Origin: an uncultured Paenibacillus sp.
Lineage (GTDB): Bacteria > Bacillota > Bacilli > Paenibacillales > Paenibacillaceae
DNA length: 64,000 bases
NCBI GenBank assembly: GCA_937895345.1
Contig: CALAWP010000011.1
Coordinates: 24,982 to 88,981, forward strand
Direction: 5' to 3'
Shown: positions 28,474 through 38,594 of the stretch, one piece after another
Layout: the number at the start of each line of letters is the position of its first letter
Numbering within the stretch: position 1 is the first letter of the stretch
Notes under the pieces: generated by a model
The model's database searches: none
The model's input: the letters and a program-made list of their open reading frames with translations, nothing else
What the model was told of the DNA's origin: nothing
Position numbers and translations under genes: made by a program

Positions 28474-29784
28474 TTACAGTCCCAAATCCTTTTTCGCTTT
28501 CGCCCACTTCTCGTTTACTTTGTCCAGCACCTTCTGCGGATCGGACGAGAGGACGAATTCCTGCACGACTCCGGCCTGATCGATCTGCGCTTTGTTCTGG
28601 ATTTGCGTAGCCGCGTCGACGGGAGGCGCCGGCTCGAAGTAGGCCGGGTCGTAGCTGTTGAACTCGGCCAGCTGGGCCAGCTTCGGCTCCTTGCTCTTCA
28701 AGGTCGGGATGAATCCCGCGAAGTCGTCAAAGCCGGATTCCTCGATCATCCATTGCACAAACGCTTTGGCTGCGGCCGTGTTGCCTTCCTTGTTGACGGC
28801 GTAGAACCAGTCCGGGTTGAGCGGAGCTTTCGCTTGGCCGGAATTGTCGACCGGGAACGGGAAGAAACCGATGTCTTCGGATGCCGCGCCGTTCTCGATA
28901 ACCTGGTTGATGACCCAGTTGCCGAGCAAATACATGGCGAATTTGCCGGATGCGACGTCTTTTTTGGATTGCTCCCAGTTGGTGGAGTTGACATCCTTCT
29001 CCAGGTATCCTTTTTGGTACAGCTCGCGCAAAATGCTCCACGATTGGCCGTATGCGTTGTCCATCGTGTAAGGCGCGTCCGTTTCCGCCCGTTTGTTCTG
29101 ATGGTCCGAAGCTTGAGACGCCAGTGTCGGCACGTCGAATACCCAGGCGTCAAGCGGCCATTTGTCCTTGAAGTTGGAAGCGAGCGGAACGATGCCGGCG
29201 TCCTTCAGCTTCTGAGCCGCCGCAAGAAACTCGTCGTACGTCTTGGGAATGTCCGTAATTCCCGCCTGCTCGAACGCCTTTTTGTTGTATACGATGCCGA
29301 CCGTCGATCCGCCGGACGACACGCCGTACATTTTGCCTTCGTGAGCTTTCAAATCCTTGAAATAGATGTCGTCGCTGAACTCGATATCGTCCAAAGGAGC
29401 GAAATAGTCCGGAAGCTCGTTGTTCGGAATCGTCGGAACGAGCACAACGTCCGGGAACGAGCCGGAAGCCATGCGCACCTTCAACGTGGCGTCGTAGTCC
29501 GTAATCGCCTCGAACTTCAGGTCGACGCCCGGGTACTTCTCTTCGAAGCGCTTCTTGTAGTCGACGTACTCCTTGTCGATCATATCCGTCCGATTCGTCA
29601 GGAAGACGACTTCGCCACTAATGTCGGCTCCTTTCGCGCCGCCTCCGTCGTTCGTTGCCGTTCCCGCGCCGCCATCCCCGTTGCCTTTGCTGCCGGTCCC
29701 GCTTCCGCTGCCGCCGCCCGAACAAGCCGCCAGCATCGTTAGCATAATCACTGCATACAACACTAACAAAAATGATTTTTTCAC
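28474..29784 (-). CDS. Sugar-binding lipoprotein (ABC SBP), probably for mannooligosaccharides
   Basis: Lipobox LAAC followed by a Gly/Ser linker; IVYNKKAFEQAG; MYLLGNW; operon context. Confidence 0.9.
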   Translation of the reverse strand: MKKSFLLVLYAVIMLTMLAACSGGGSGSGTGSKGNGDGGAGTATNDGGGAKGADISGEVVFLTNRTDMIDKEYVDYKKRFEEKYPGVDLKFEAITDYDATLKVRMASGSFPDVVLVPTIPNNELPDYFAPLDDIEFSDDIYFKDLKAHEGKMYGVSSGGSTVGIVYNKKAFEQAGITDIPKTYDEFLAAAQKLKDAGIVPLASNFKDKWPLDAWVFDVPTLASQASDHQNKRAETDAPYTMDNAYGQSWSILRELYQKGYLEKDVNSTNWEQSKKDVASGKFAMYLLGNWVINQVIENGAASEDIGFFPFPVDNSGQAKAPLNPDWFYAVNKEGNTAAAKAFVQWMIEESGFDDFAGFIPTLKSKEPKLAQLAEFNSYDPAYFEPAPPVDAATQIQNKAQIDQAGVVQEFVLSSDPQKVLDKVNEKWAKAKKDLGL

Positions 29785-29811
29785 GTTTCATTCCCCCAAT
29801 TTTTTAATGTT

Positions 29812-29825
29812 TGTTTCCGCTTTCA
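29812..29825 (-). promoter_or_regulatory. cre-like site upstream of the SBP gene
   Basis: Minus strand TGAAAGCGGAAACA. Confidence 0.65.
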
Positions 29826-30095
29826 ATGTGAGTGTACTTCATAACCGCATCAATCAAAATGGTTTGTGCTGTTATTTCTGGTCTTGTAATGACATTCGTT
29901 GAAATCGTTATCATTACTGTTTTTTCAATGATTTTGTCGAATGAGCTTCCACTCTCGCTTCCTCAGCCGGCTCATTTTTCCGTTTTTTCGTTTTTGCCCG
30001 TTCCTATTGCAATGGGTCATAAATTGTTGTTTACTTGTTATATATCGTTAGTTATTTTTATCATAACAAATTTACGCGAATGGAAAGGAGCAGCG

Positions 30096-31049
30096 ATGCA
30101 AATGTCTTCATCCTACATTGCCGGCATGACATGGGGCTGGACCGGCGTTCGCGGCACCTGGGCCGACGAGCGGGCTTCCCGCTCCATGGAGCTGATGGCG
30201 CAGCGGCTTGGCGTCAACTGGACGGCCATCGCCTTCGGAGCGCTGCAGGATCATCCGCAGGCTACGGAAATCAAATACGGAGAAGCGCCCACCGTGACCG
30301 ACGAGGAGGTGCGCTCCGCCATCGCCAACGCCAAGCGGCTCGGGCTGAAGGTCGTATTGAAGCCCGTCGTCAACTGCGCCAACGGCACTTGGCGGGCGCA
30401 CATCAACTTTTTTGATATCGACGTGCCGTGCGAGCCCAAGTGGTCCGACTGGTTCGCTTCTTACACGGACTTTATCGTGCATTACGCGCGCATCGCCGAG
30501 GAGACGGGCTGCGAGATGCTCTGCATCGGCTGCGAGATGGTGCAGACGGACCGCCGCGAGCGCGAATGGCGGCAGCTGATTGCCGAGGTGCGCAACGTTT
30601 ATTCCGGGCCGATCACCTATAACTGCGACAAATATCAGGAAGGCAACGTCGGCTGGTGGGACGCCGTCGACATTATTTCCTCCAGCGGCTATTATCCGAT
30701 CGGCGATTGGGAGCGGCAGCTGGACCGGATCGAGCAAGTGGTGGCGCGCCGCGGCAAGCCGTTTTTCTTTATGGAAGCCGGATGTCCGAGCCGCGAAGGC
30801 TCTCCCGCCATTCCGAACGACTGGGGCTTGCAGGGCTTGCCGAGCGAGGAAGCGCAGCGGCAATATTACGAAGCGATGTTCGCCGCTTGCGACAAGCGGG
30901 ATTGGGTCGGCGGCTTCATGCTGTGGGATTGGCCGGCCCGGCTGTACGACGAAACGTCCGCTTCGGCCAACGACGATTACTGCATGTTCGGCAAGCAAGC
31001 CGAGAAGACGGTCGGCAGCTACTACCGGAGCAAGCTGGCCGAGTCATAG
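30096..31049 (+). CDS. GH113 beta-mannanase/mannooligosaccharide hydrolase (no signal peptide)
   Basis: AAAGGAG RBS then ATG at 30096; KVVLKPVVN, WRAHI, IGCEM and FFMEAG catalytic motifs; precedes CE and GH130. Confidence 0.82.
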   Translation: MQMSSSYIAGMTWGWTGVRGTWADERASRSMELMAQRLGVNWTAIAFGALQDHPQATEIKYGEAPTVTDEEVRSAIANAKRLGLKVVLKPVVNCANGTWRAHINFFDIDVPCEPKWSDWFASYTDFIVHYARIAEETGCEMLCIGCEMVQTDRREREWRQLIAEVRNVYSGPITYNCDKYQEGNVGWWDAVDIISSSGYYPIGDWERQLDRIEQVVARRGKPFFFMEAGCPSREGSPAIPNDWGLQGLPSEEAQRQYYEAMFAACDKRDWVGGFMLWDWPARLYDETSASANDDYCMFGKQAEKTVGSYYRSKLAES

Positions 31050-32317
31050 TGGCAGCACCGATCGAAACCATACTTTACGAAAGCGAGGCGCAGTCATTGG
31101 ATACGATCTTTCCCGGCATTGCCGCTTCCGACTGGACCGAACGGCTGGAGCGGGAGCTGAAGCAAAACATTTTGTCGTTTTGGATGAAGCATGCGATAGA
31201 CGAGACGAACGGCGGCTTTTACGGCTATATCAGCCGCGATTTGCGCATCGACCCGAACGCCGACAAAAGCCTGGTGCTCAACACCCGCATTTTGTGGACG
31301 TTTGCGACGGCTTACCGCGTCTACGGAGACGAGTCGTACAAGCGGGTGGCCGATCGGGCCTATCGCTATCTGAACGAACGCTTTGCCGACCGCGAGCACG
31401 GAGGACTGTATTGGTCGGTCGATGCCGCCGGACGTCCGGCCTCGGACAAAAAACAAATTTACGGCCAAGCCTTCGCCATTTACGCCTATTCCGAATATGC
31501 GAGGGCGACGGGCGACAAGCAGGCTTTGACTCTGGCGATCGAACTGTTCCATACGCTGGAGCGCTACGGTTACGACAAGGAGCATCGCGGCTATTGGGAA
31601 GCGTTGAGCCGCGGCTGGGGGCCGACGGAGGACAACAGCCTGAGCGAGAAGGACTTGAACGCCGCCAAGTCGATGAATACCCATCTCCACGTGCTGGAAG
31701 CGTACACGAACCTGTACCGCGTCTGGCCGTCCGAGCCGCTCTCCGGCAAGCTCAAGGAGCTGATCGAGGTGACGGTTCGCCATATCGTTGACGGCGACAC
31801 CGCACGTTTCGTGCTGTTTTTCGATCCGGACTGGACGCCCTTGTCCGATCACATCTCTTACGGCCACGATATCGAAGGCAGCTGGCTGCTCGCGGAAGCG
31901 GCCGAGGTGCTGGGCGACGAGGAGCTGCTGGACCGCGTAAACCGCGTCGCGGTTCGGATGGCGGAAGCCGCGCTCCGCGACGGCGCAGACGAAGACGGCG
32001 GCTTGTTTAACGAAGGCGGCCCGTCCGGGCTGATCGACACGAACAAGGATTGGTGGCCGCAGGCGGAGGCGGTCGTCGGCTTCTACAACGCGTACCAGCT
32101 GACGGGCGAGGCGCGTTACCGGGAGGCTGCCGCGAAAGCTTGGCAATTCATCGAAAACTTTATCGTCGACAAGGAGCATGGAGAGTGGCATTGGAGCGTG
32201 CTCCGCGACGGTACGCCAAGCGAGAATGAGCAAAAGGTCAGCGCCTGGAAATGTCCGTACCATAACGGCCGCGCCTGCTTCGAAATGGTGGAGCGGCTGA
32301 AGTCGGAGCTTTCATAG
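31049..32317 (+). CDS. Cellobiose 2-epimerase (AGE family; mannobiose epimerase)
   Basis: GTG overlaps the GH113 stop; [52 protein letters not shown]. Confidence 0.9.
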   Translation: MAAPIETILYESEAQSLDTIFPGIAASDWTERLERELKQNILSFWMKHAIDETNGGFYGYISRDLRIDPNADKSLVLNTRILWTFATAYRVYGDESYKRVADRAYRYLNERFADREHGGLYWSVDAAGRPASDKKQIYGQAFAIYAYSEYARATGDKQALTLAIELFHTLERYGYDKEHRGYWEALSRGWGPTEDNSLSEKDLNAAKSMNTHLHVLEAYTNLYRVWPSEPLSGKLKELIEVTVRHIVDGDTARFVLFFDPDWTPLSDHISYGHDIEGSWLLAEAAEVLGDEELLDRVNRVAVRMAEAALRDGADEDGGLFNEGGPSGLIDTNKDWWPQAEAVVGFYNAYQLTGEARYREAAAKAWQFIENFIVDKEHGEWHWSVLRDGTPSENEQKVSAWKCPYHNGRACFEMVERLKSELS

Positions 32318-32345
32318 ATTTCATTCAATTCGGGAGGAATCTTAT

Positions 32346-33527
32346 ATGAGCATATTCGAACAACGAAAGGAACGGCTGACGGAGCGGCATCAATCGCTCC
32401 TTGCCCGCATCAACGAACCCGTCGAGCCAGGCAACGGCGTATTTGCCCGCTACCGGCATCCGGTATTGACCGCGGAGCATGCCCCGCTGCACTGGCGGTA
32501 CGATTTCGATCCGCGGACGAATCCGTATTTTATGGAGCGTCTGGGCATCAACTGCGTCTTCAACCCGGGGGCCATTCATTTGAACGGCAAGTTTTACCTT
32601 GTGGCCCGCGTGGAAGGGCACGACCGCAAATCGTTTTTTGCGGTAGCCGAAAGCGATACCGGCGTCGACGGCTTCCGTTTCTGGGACCGGCCGATCGTCA
32701 TGCCGGAAACGGATGATCCGGACGTCAACGTCTACGACATGCGGCTCGTGCAGCATGAGGACGGCTGGATTTACGGCCTGTTCTGCACCGAGCGCAAAGA
32801 CCCGGATGCGCCGAGGGGCGATCTGTCCAGCGCCGTCGCCCAATGCGGCATCGCCCGCACCAAAGATTTGAAGCAGTGGGAACGGCTCGCCGACTTGAAG
32901 ACGAAGTCGAATCAGCAGCGCAACGTCGTCCTTCATCCGGAATTTATCGACGGCAAATACGCCTTCTATACGCGCCCGCAGGACGGCTTTATCGACACCG
33001 GCTCCGGCGGCGGCATCGGCTGGGGGTTATCCGACAGCATCGAGCAAGCCGTCATCGACGAGGAAATCATTATCGACGAGCGTCATTATCATACGATTAA
33101 AGAAGTGAAGAACGGCCAAGGACCTGCCCCGATCAAGACGGACAAAGGCTGGCTCCATATCGCCCACGGCGTCCGCAATACCGCCGCCGGCCTCCGCTAC
33201 GTGCTGTATGCGTTTTTGTCGGACTTGAAGGAGCCTCACAAGGTGACGCATCGTCCCGGCGGCCATCTTCTTGCTCCGGAGGGCGAGGAACGCGTCGGCG
33301 ACGTATCGAACGTCGTATTTTGCAACGGCGCCGTCGCGCTCGACAACGGCAAAGTGTACATCTATTACGCTTCTTCGGATACGCGATGCCACGTCGCCGT
33401 CTCGACCGTCGACCAGCTGCTCGACTACGTCATGAACACGCCGGAGGATCCGCTCCGCTCTTACGCCTGCGTCCAGCAGCGCCTCGAGCTCATCGAACGC
33501 AACCTGAAGCTGATGGGCCGTTCGTAA
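32346..33527 (+). CDS. 4-O-beta-D-mannosyl-D-glucose phosphorylase (GH130)
   Basis: [52 protein letters not shown]. Confidence 0.92.
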   Translation: MSIFEQRKERLTERHQSLLARINEPVEPGNGVFARYRHPVLTAEHAPLHWRYDFDPRTNPYFMERLGINCVFNPGAIHLNGKFYLVARVEGHDRKSFFAVAESDTGVDGFRFWDRPIVMPETDDPDVNVYDMRLVQHEDGWIYGLFCTERKDPDAPRGDLSSAVAQCGIARTKDLKQWERLADLKTKSNQQRNVVLHPEFIDGKYAFYTRPQDGFIDTGSGGGIGWGLSDSIEQAVIDEEIIIDERHYHTIKEVKNGQGPAPIKTDKGWLHIAHGVRNTAAGLRYVLYAFLSDLKEPHKVTHRPGGHLLAPEGEERVGDVSNVVFCNGAVALDNGKVYIYYASSDTRCHVAVSTVDQLLDYVMNTPEDPLRSYACVQQRLELIERNLKLMGRS

Positions 33528-33632
33528 TGAACGACGGGGAGACCCTTAGTCATTGACGATGACTTTGGGACTCCCCCGTTTATTTTGCAGGTACACATCG
33601 GATTCATCCGCTCGTCTCATTGGATTCATCTG

Positions 33633-33831
33633 TATAAGTTGAACTAATGATTACCACAACTTATGGCCAAGCTGCATGAGGAATCGACTTCCGATCGCTC
33701 TCGCAGAGGGATGCTTGGATTTCCATAAACCTTACAACGGTAACCATCCCCCTGCAAAGGCGAACACTGCCGTTTTCTCCCGTTCGATTTCCTCATTCCG
33801 CTTTTCGTGTGATTCTCTAGTTTAACTTATA
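33633..33831. mobile_element. 199-bp MITE-like element with 14-bp terminal inverted repeats and TA ends
   Basis: Left TATAAGTTGAACTA (33633); right TAGTTTAACTTATA (33818-33831), 13/14 complementary. Internal IR TGAGGAATCGA (33677) / TCGATTTCCTCA (33784). No ORF. A second partial copy lies at 22738. Confidence 0.75.
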
Positions 33832-33851
33832 TATATTTCATTTATTTCTCC

Positions 33852-34073
33852 TCAAAAATATTTCCCTGAAAAATAAAGCAGTACTAAAAGGATGACGATC
33901 AACGAAGAAATGAGGTGGACCGTTACAGGCTTATCTATCCATGCCGTATTTTCGTTGTACGTAAAATGAATCGCATAGTAAACATTAAAAATAATGATCG
34001 ATAGGATAGCCATTAGAAACAATAAATGCAAGATGAAGATCACGTTCAACCCTGCCCTCTGAAAAATGATCAA
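33852..34073 (-). CDS. Possible small AT-rich membrane protein (2 TM)
   Basis: Hydrophobic ORF in an AT-rich patch; start uncertain (TTG at 34073 or a later GTG). Confidence 0.4.
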   Translation of the reverse strand: MIIFQRAGLNVIFILHLLFLMAILSIIIFNVYYAIHFTYNENTAWIDKPVTVHLISSLIVILLVLLYFSGKYF

Positions 34074-34172
34074 GAGAATCGATTAGCCATTTCTCTTCCC
34101 TTTTGGTGACGAAAAATCCCAGCGGCATGTTGCGTTTGTCGTGTTGGGGCTGAAAAAAAATACGGCGCGGGA

Positions 34173-35261
34173 TTATCCCCGCGCCGCGGCCGTGCTGCCG
34201 CGCAGCAGCAGCTCGCACGCCAGCAATATTTTTTCCTTCGGCTCGTCCTTCCGCTCCGTCCGCTCCAGCAGCCGGTCGACGGCCCGCCGCCCGAGCGCCT
34301 CCTTCGGCACATGCACCGTCGTCAGCGCGGGCTTGACGCCCGAGGCGTCCGCGATGTTGTCGAAGCCCGACACCGAAATGTCGCCCGGCACGTCCAGGCC
34401 GAGCGCCTGCAGCGCCTTCACCGCTCCGATCGCGATCGCGTCGTTGGCGCATACAAGCGCCGTCGGCAGCGACTTCTGCTTCCGCTTCTTGTCGGCCCAT
34501 TGCCCGATCGCTTCCTCGAATTGGGCGGGCTCCAGCCCCTGCACCGGCAGCAGCAGCTCGTCCAAAGCCGACGCTCCGCCGCCGCCGCCCGGCCGGCGCG
34601 CCCCTTCCAGCTCCTCCACCGCGCTTCGGAAGCCGAGATAGCGATCGTGAAAGCTGCGGGAATAGTTCGTATCGCCGACAAACACCAGCTTGCGATGGCC
34701 GAGCCCGATCAAATATTGGACGAGTCGGTACATGCTTTCGTAATTGTTCGCAAACAGCGTATCGCTAGGAATGAGCGCATCCTCATGGTCCACCAGCACG
34801 ATCGGCAAGCCGATCCGATGGGTTTCAAGCAGCAGGGGAGCCGTAATTTCGCCCACGCCGATCAGCCCGAGCAGCCCGTTCGGATTCAAAATATGAACGA
34901 AACGATCCACGCTTTGCTCCGAGACGATCAGTATGCCCAGCCCCTTTTCCTCCAGCCGCGCCGATATACCGTCCACGATTCGGCCCCAATAAACCGAATC
35001 CTTCGTCTGGAACCGGATATTCGGCATCAGCACGAGCGCCGACTGGCGCCGGTCGGCCGGCACCTTCGGCAGCTGCTCCAGCTTGATCGACTTCATATAC
35101 GCATTTTTTTGGGCAAAATAGCCGAGCTGGGACGCCGCCTGCAGCACGCGCTCCCGCGTCGCCTCGCTCACCCCGTCCTTGCCCGACAGCGCCTTGGAGA
35201 CGACAAATTTGGATACGCCAAGCCGATCGGCGATTTGCTGCATCGTAATTTTGTTGGCCAT
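34173..35261 (-). CDS. LacI-family transcriptional regulator
   Basis: ITMQQIADRLGVSKFVVSKAL HTH; LGHRKL; VCANDAIA; DISVSGFDN; LTTV. Confidence 0.92.
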   Translation of the reverse strand: MANKITMQQIADRLGVSKFVVSKALSGKDGVSEATRERVLQAASQLGYFAQKNAYMKSIKLEQLPKVPADRRQSALVLMPNIRFQTKDSVYWGRIVDGISARLEEKGLGILIVSEQSVDRFVHILNPNGLLGLIGVGEITAPLLLETHRIGLPIVLVDHEDALIPSDTLFANNYESMYRLVQYLIGLGHRKLVFVGDTNYSRSFHDRYLGFRSAVEELEGARRPGGGGGASALDELLLPVQGLEPAQFEEAIGQWADKKRKQKSLPTALVCANDAIAIGAVKALQALGLDVPGDISVSGFDNIADASGVKPALTTVHVPKEALGRRAVDRLLERTERKDEPKEKILLACELLLRGSTAAARG

Positions 35262-35272
35262 CCGGCGTTCAC

Positions 35273-36562
35273 CTAGCTTTCCGTAATGTCGCGGGCTTCC
35301 GCCCATCGTTTGTTGTACGTTTCGAACACTTCCGCCAGGTCGGGCGCCGTTATCCATTCCAAAATATAATCGCCCGACCAGAGCGCGATTTGCGCCGTGT
35401 TCGATATTTCAAGCAGCTTGTCGCTTGGCACCTTCTTCTCGACCATGACCGGGTTGAACGACAGAAACTGCTTGAAATGAGGCAGCGCAGGCTCCTTGCG
35501 TTCGTCGACCGGCAAAAATCCGGAGTCGTCCACATAACCCGATTGCCGGACGAAAAATTCGACCCATTCGGCCGCCAGCTCCTTGTTGCCGCTGAACCGG
35601 CTGACGCCGACGAACCAGTCCGGGCTGAGCGGCGCGTAACGCTTGCTTTCGTTATCGTAAGGAAACGGGAAAAATCCGATGTCTTCCGGATCGGCCCCGG
35701 CCGCGACGATCTGGTTAATGACCCAGTTGCCCATCAAATACATGCCGGCCTCGCCGCCGGCCAGCTCGCGCTTGGACGCTTCCCAATTATTTTGGATCAG
35801 GTCTTCCTCCACGTAGTCCTTCTCGATCAGCGTGCGGACGATGGAGATGGCCTGCCCCCAAGTGTTGTCGATCTGCCAAGGCTCGTCCGTTTCGACCATC
35901 CGGTTCAAGTAGTCCGGATCGCCGGTCATGAAGCTGACCAAGTCCTCTCCCCATATCATAAGCGGCCACTGCGCGCCCGAATTGAGGTAGACCGGAGTAA
36001 TGCCGGCCGCTTTCAGCTTCGCGCACGCTTCGTAGAACTGCTCCAGCGTCGTCGGAACGGAAGAGACGCCGGCCTTCCGGAACGCCTTCTTGTTGTAGAC
36101 GATGCCTGTCGTCGAAGCTCCGGTGGCAATGCCGTATTTGACGCCGTTATGAGCTTTGAAATCGTCGAAGCGCATATGCTCGAACAGGCTCTCGTCCAAC
36201 GGCTCGAAATAATCCGGCAGCCGGTCGTTTTTTATATTGTTCGGGATAAGCAGCACGTCGCCCAAATTTCGCGTCGACAAGCGCAGCATAATATCGTTGG
36301 CGTAGCTCGGCAGCGCTTCAAACTCAACCTCCGCGCCGGGATGCAGCTCGGCAAACCGTTCGGCGTATTGGCGGAATACGCCGTTTTCGACCAGATCGAC
36401 CCGGTTCGTCAACACTTTCAGCACCATATCGCCGCCATCGGCGACTCCGGCGCTCGGCTTCGGTTCCTTCGCCGGCGGCGGATCGCGATCCGCGCAGCCG
36501 GCCGCCGTCAGCAGCGCGAGCGCCAGCAGCGCCGCGGCCGCTCGTCCCCATGCTCTCCTCAT
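35273..36562 (-). CDS. Second sugar-binding lipoprotein, paralog of 28474-29784
   Basis: ATG overlaps the HK stop (ATGA); lipobox AAGC; MYLMGNWVINQ..EDIGFFPFP..APLSPDWF is nearly identical to SBP1. Confidence 0.9.
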   Translation of the reverse strand: MRRAWGRAAAALLALALLTAAGCADRDPPPAKEPKPSAGVADGGDMVLKVLTNRVDLVENGVFRQYAERFAELHPGAEVEFEALPSYANDIMLRLSTRNLGDVLLIPNNIKNDRLPDYFEPLDESLFEHMRFDDFKAHNGVKYGIATGASTTGIVYNKKAFRKAGVSSVPTTLEQFYEACAKLKAAGITPVYLNSGAQWPLMIWGEDLVSFMTGDPDYLNRMVETDEPWQIDNTWGQAISIVRTLIEKDYVEEDLIQNNWEASKRELAGGEAGMYLMGNWVINQIVAAGADPEDIGFFPFPYDNESKRYAPLSPDWFVGVSRFSGNKELAAEWVEFFVRQSGYVDDSGFLPVDERKEPALPHFKQFLSFNPVMVEKKVPSDKLLEISNTAQIALWSGDYILEWITAPDLAEVFETYNKRWAEARDITES

Positions 36563-38415
36563 CGTCCTCCGTCTCCTTTCCATTCCGGCAGCAGCAGCTC
36601 GATTTCCGTCCCGGAGCCCTGCTCGCTGCTCGCCTTCAGTCCGTACGCGCTGCCGTAATGCAGCTTGATCCGTTCGTTTACGTTGCGCAAGCCGATGCCT
36701 CCGACCCGGCTCGGCCGCTCCGCCGCCGGAAGAACGCCCGACAACGACTGGTTCAGCTTGTCCAGCGTCTCGGCGTCCATCCCGGTGCCGTCATCCCGGA
36801 TCCGGACCGCCACCGTGCCGCCGATCCTCTCCGCGCCGATGCAAATATGCATCGCCGGCTTCGTTTCGTCCATGCCGTGATAAATGGCGTTTTCGACGAT
36901 CGGCTGCAGGATCAGCTTCGTGACGGGCAGCCGCATAAGCCGGCCCGCTTCGGATCCGGGAATATCGACCTCCAGGCGGAAGCGGTCCGGATATCTGTAG
37001 TTCAGCAGCTCTACATAGTTTTTGACGTGGTCGATTTCGTCCCGCAGCGTCACTTGCTCGTGCGGGTCGCTGATTCCGTACCGGAGCAGCTTGCCCAATA
37101 TGGCGATCATGTCCGCCGCGTCCGCGTCGTCGTTCAGCTCCGCCGTCATGCGGATCGACTCCAGCGTATTGTACATGAAATGCGGATTGATCTGGTTCTG
37201 CAGCGCCTGCAGCTCGGCTTCCTGCTTCTTCGCTTCGATCTCGTAAATATCGCGGATCAACTGGTCAATGCGCACGATCATCCGGTTGAAATGCGTTCCT
37301 AACTGTCCGACTTCGTCCCGGTTTTTGACCTGGAACTGAACGCTGAAATCGCCCTCCTGCACCGACTTCATCAGCTTCATCATGCGACGCAGCGGATTGG
37401 CGAGCGCATAAGACATAATGACCGATATAATCATCGCCACCAGCAGCGCCACAAGCGTGGCGACAAACGTCACGTTGCGAGTAACCCGGGCGTCGCGCGT
37501 AAGCTCATCCACGGGAATGCCGGTCATAACTTTCCAGCCCGTATTGGGGGAAGTTGTATAAATATACAGCTTGCCGACGCCTTCCGTTTCCAGATAAAAG
37601 CTGCCTTTGACACCGGCGGCCCGGACGACCGCTTCGTCCCCGTCGATATTGGTCGCGATCCGCTCAGGCTTGTGGCTGTCGTACATGACGTTGCCTTCGC
37701 CGTCGATCAGAATCGAGGACCCTTTCGTGACGTTGTCCAGCTCCCGCACGCCCTCCTCGATGACGTCGATGCCTGCGTCGACGGCGATCAGGCCGACCGG
37801 ATTCAGCGACTTGTCGATAATTTTGCGCACGACCGTAAACGCGTATTTTTCGCTTTGCAGGCTGCTCGTATATTTTTGCGTCCCGAGCAAACGCGCTTCC
37901 CCGCTCGAGTCCGCCACGCTTTCCGTCCATTCGAGATAGCTCATCTTCAAATTCTGGCGGACGCTGCCGCCGGAACTGGCATAATAGCCGTTCCCGTACC
38001 GATCGAAGATGTAAACCGAATGGGCCCCCTTCTTGATCGTATTGATAAACGCGATATTGTCCTCGATTCCCCGCTGAATGGACAGGAGCAGGTCAAAGTT
38101 TTCCCTTTCGTCGGCGCCGATTTTCATACGCTGCTCGTAATAGCGGTTCGAACGAATCAGATTCGCTTTAATTTCGTCCTGATAAGACGGTACCGAAGAA
38201 AGGCGGACCATGTCGTCGATATATTCGTCGATGCGGTTCATCATATTTTCCTGCATCGTCTCGGAATAGGCCTTCGTCTGCTCTTCGACGGAGCTGGAAT
38301 AATTCGTATACGTGATATATCCGACAAATGAAAGCGGCAGTGCGATAAGAAGAACAAAAGCAAGAAACAGCTTGCGGCTCATGCGCATGCTGCCCAGATA
38401 CGTACCCAAGCGCAC
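36559..38415 (-). CDS. YesM-type sensor histidine kinase (dCache-HAMP-His_kinase)
   Basis: Two TM; HAMP DEVGQLGTHFN; LQNQINPHFMYNTLE; LQPIVENAIYHG; DDGTG; GIGLRNV. Confidence 0.93.
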   Translation of the reverse strand: MRLGTYLGSMRMSRKLFLAFVLLIALPLSFVGYITYTNYSSSVEEQTKAYSETMQENMMNRIDEYIDDMVRLSSVPSYQDEIKANLIRSNRYYEQRMKIGADERENFDLLLSIQRGIEDNIAFINTIKKGAHSVYIFDRYGNGYYASSGGSVRQNLKMSYLEWTESVADSSGEARLLGTQKYTSSLQSEKYAFTVVRKIIDKSLNPVGLIAVDAGIDVIEEGVRELDNVTKGSSILIDGEGNVMYDSHKPERIATNIDGDEAVVRAAGVKGSFYLETEGVGKLYIYTTSPNTGWKVMTGIPVDELTRDARVTRNVTFVATLVALLVAMIISVIMSYALANPLRRMMKLMKSVQEGDFSVQFQVKNRDEVGQLGTHFNRMIVRIDQLIRDIYEIEAKKQEAELQALQNQINPHFMYNTLESIRMTAELNDDADAADMIAILGKLLRYGISDPHEQVTLRDEIDHVKNYVELLNYRYPDRFRLEVDIPGSEAGRLMRLPVTKLILQPIVENAIYHGMDETKPAMHICIGAERIGGTVAVRIRDDGTGMDAETLDKLNQSLSGVLPAAERPSRVGGIGLRNVNERIKLHYGSAYGLKASSEQGSGTEIELLLPEWKGDGGR

Positions 38416-38505
38416 CGCTCCCTCGGCATTTGTTACTTTTTATTATTCGTTATGCTAACAAAAATTTCAACCCGCAAGATCGAGAACCCGGAACCGTTAC
38501 GACAA

Positions 38506-38570
38506 AAAGGCTTAATTGCGCGGCAGCCGCTCTCTTAAAAAAGATGATGCGGCAGCGCAATTAAGCCTTT
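38506..38570. terminator. Long hairpin downstream of the ABC exporter operon
   Basis: AAAGGCTTAATTGCG...CGCAATTAAGCCTTT (15-bp perfect arms). Confidence 0.7.
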
Positions 38571-38594
38571 CAACGGTACTAACAAATGCGCGGA

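Noticed and set aside
29975-30008. T-rich direct repeats (TTTTTCCGTTTTTTCGTTTTTGCCCGTTCC) as a response-regulator box
   Set aside because: The sequence is low-complexity, and only a weak GTTCCTAT echo occurs at about 25820. That is not enough to call a site.
29832-30095. N-terminal extension of GH113 (and the extensions of CE, GH42, LacI, czcD, ppaC and the 49479 ATPase in the ORF track)
   Set aside because: These run through intergenic or neighbouring sequence. Downstream starts have proper RBSs and family-typical N-termini.
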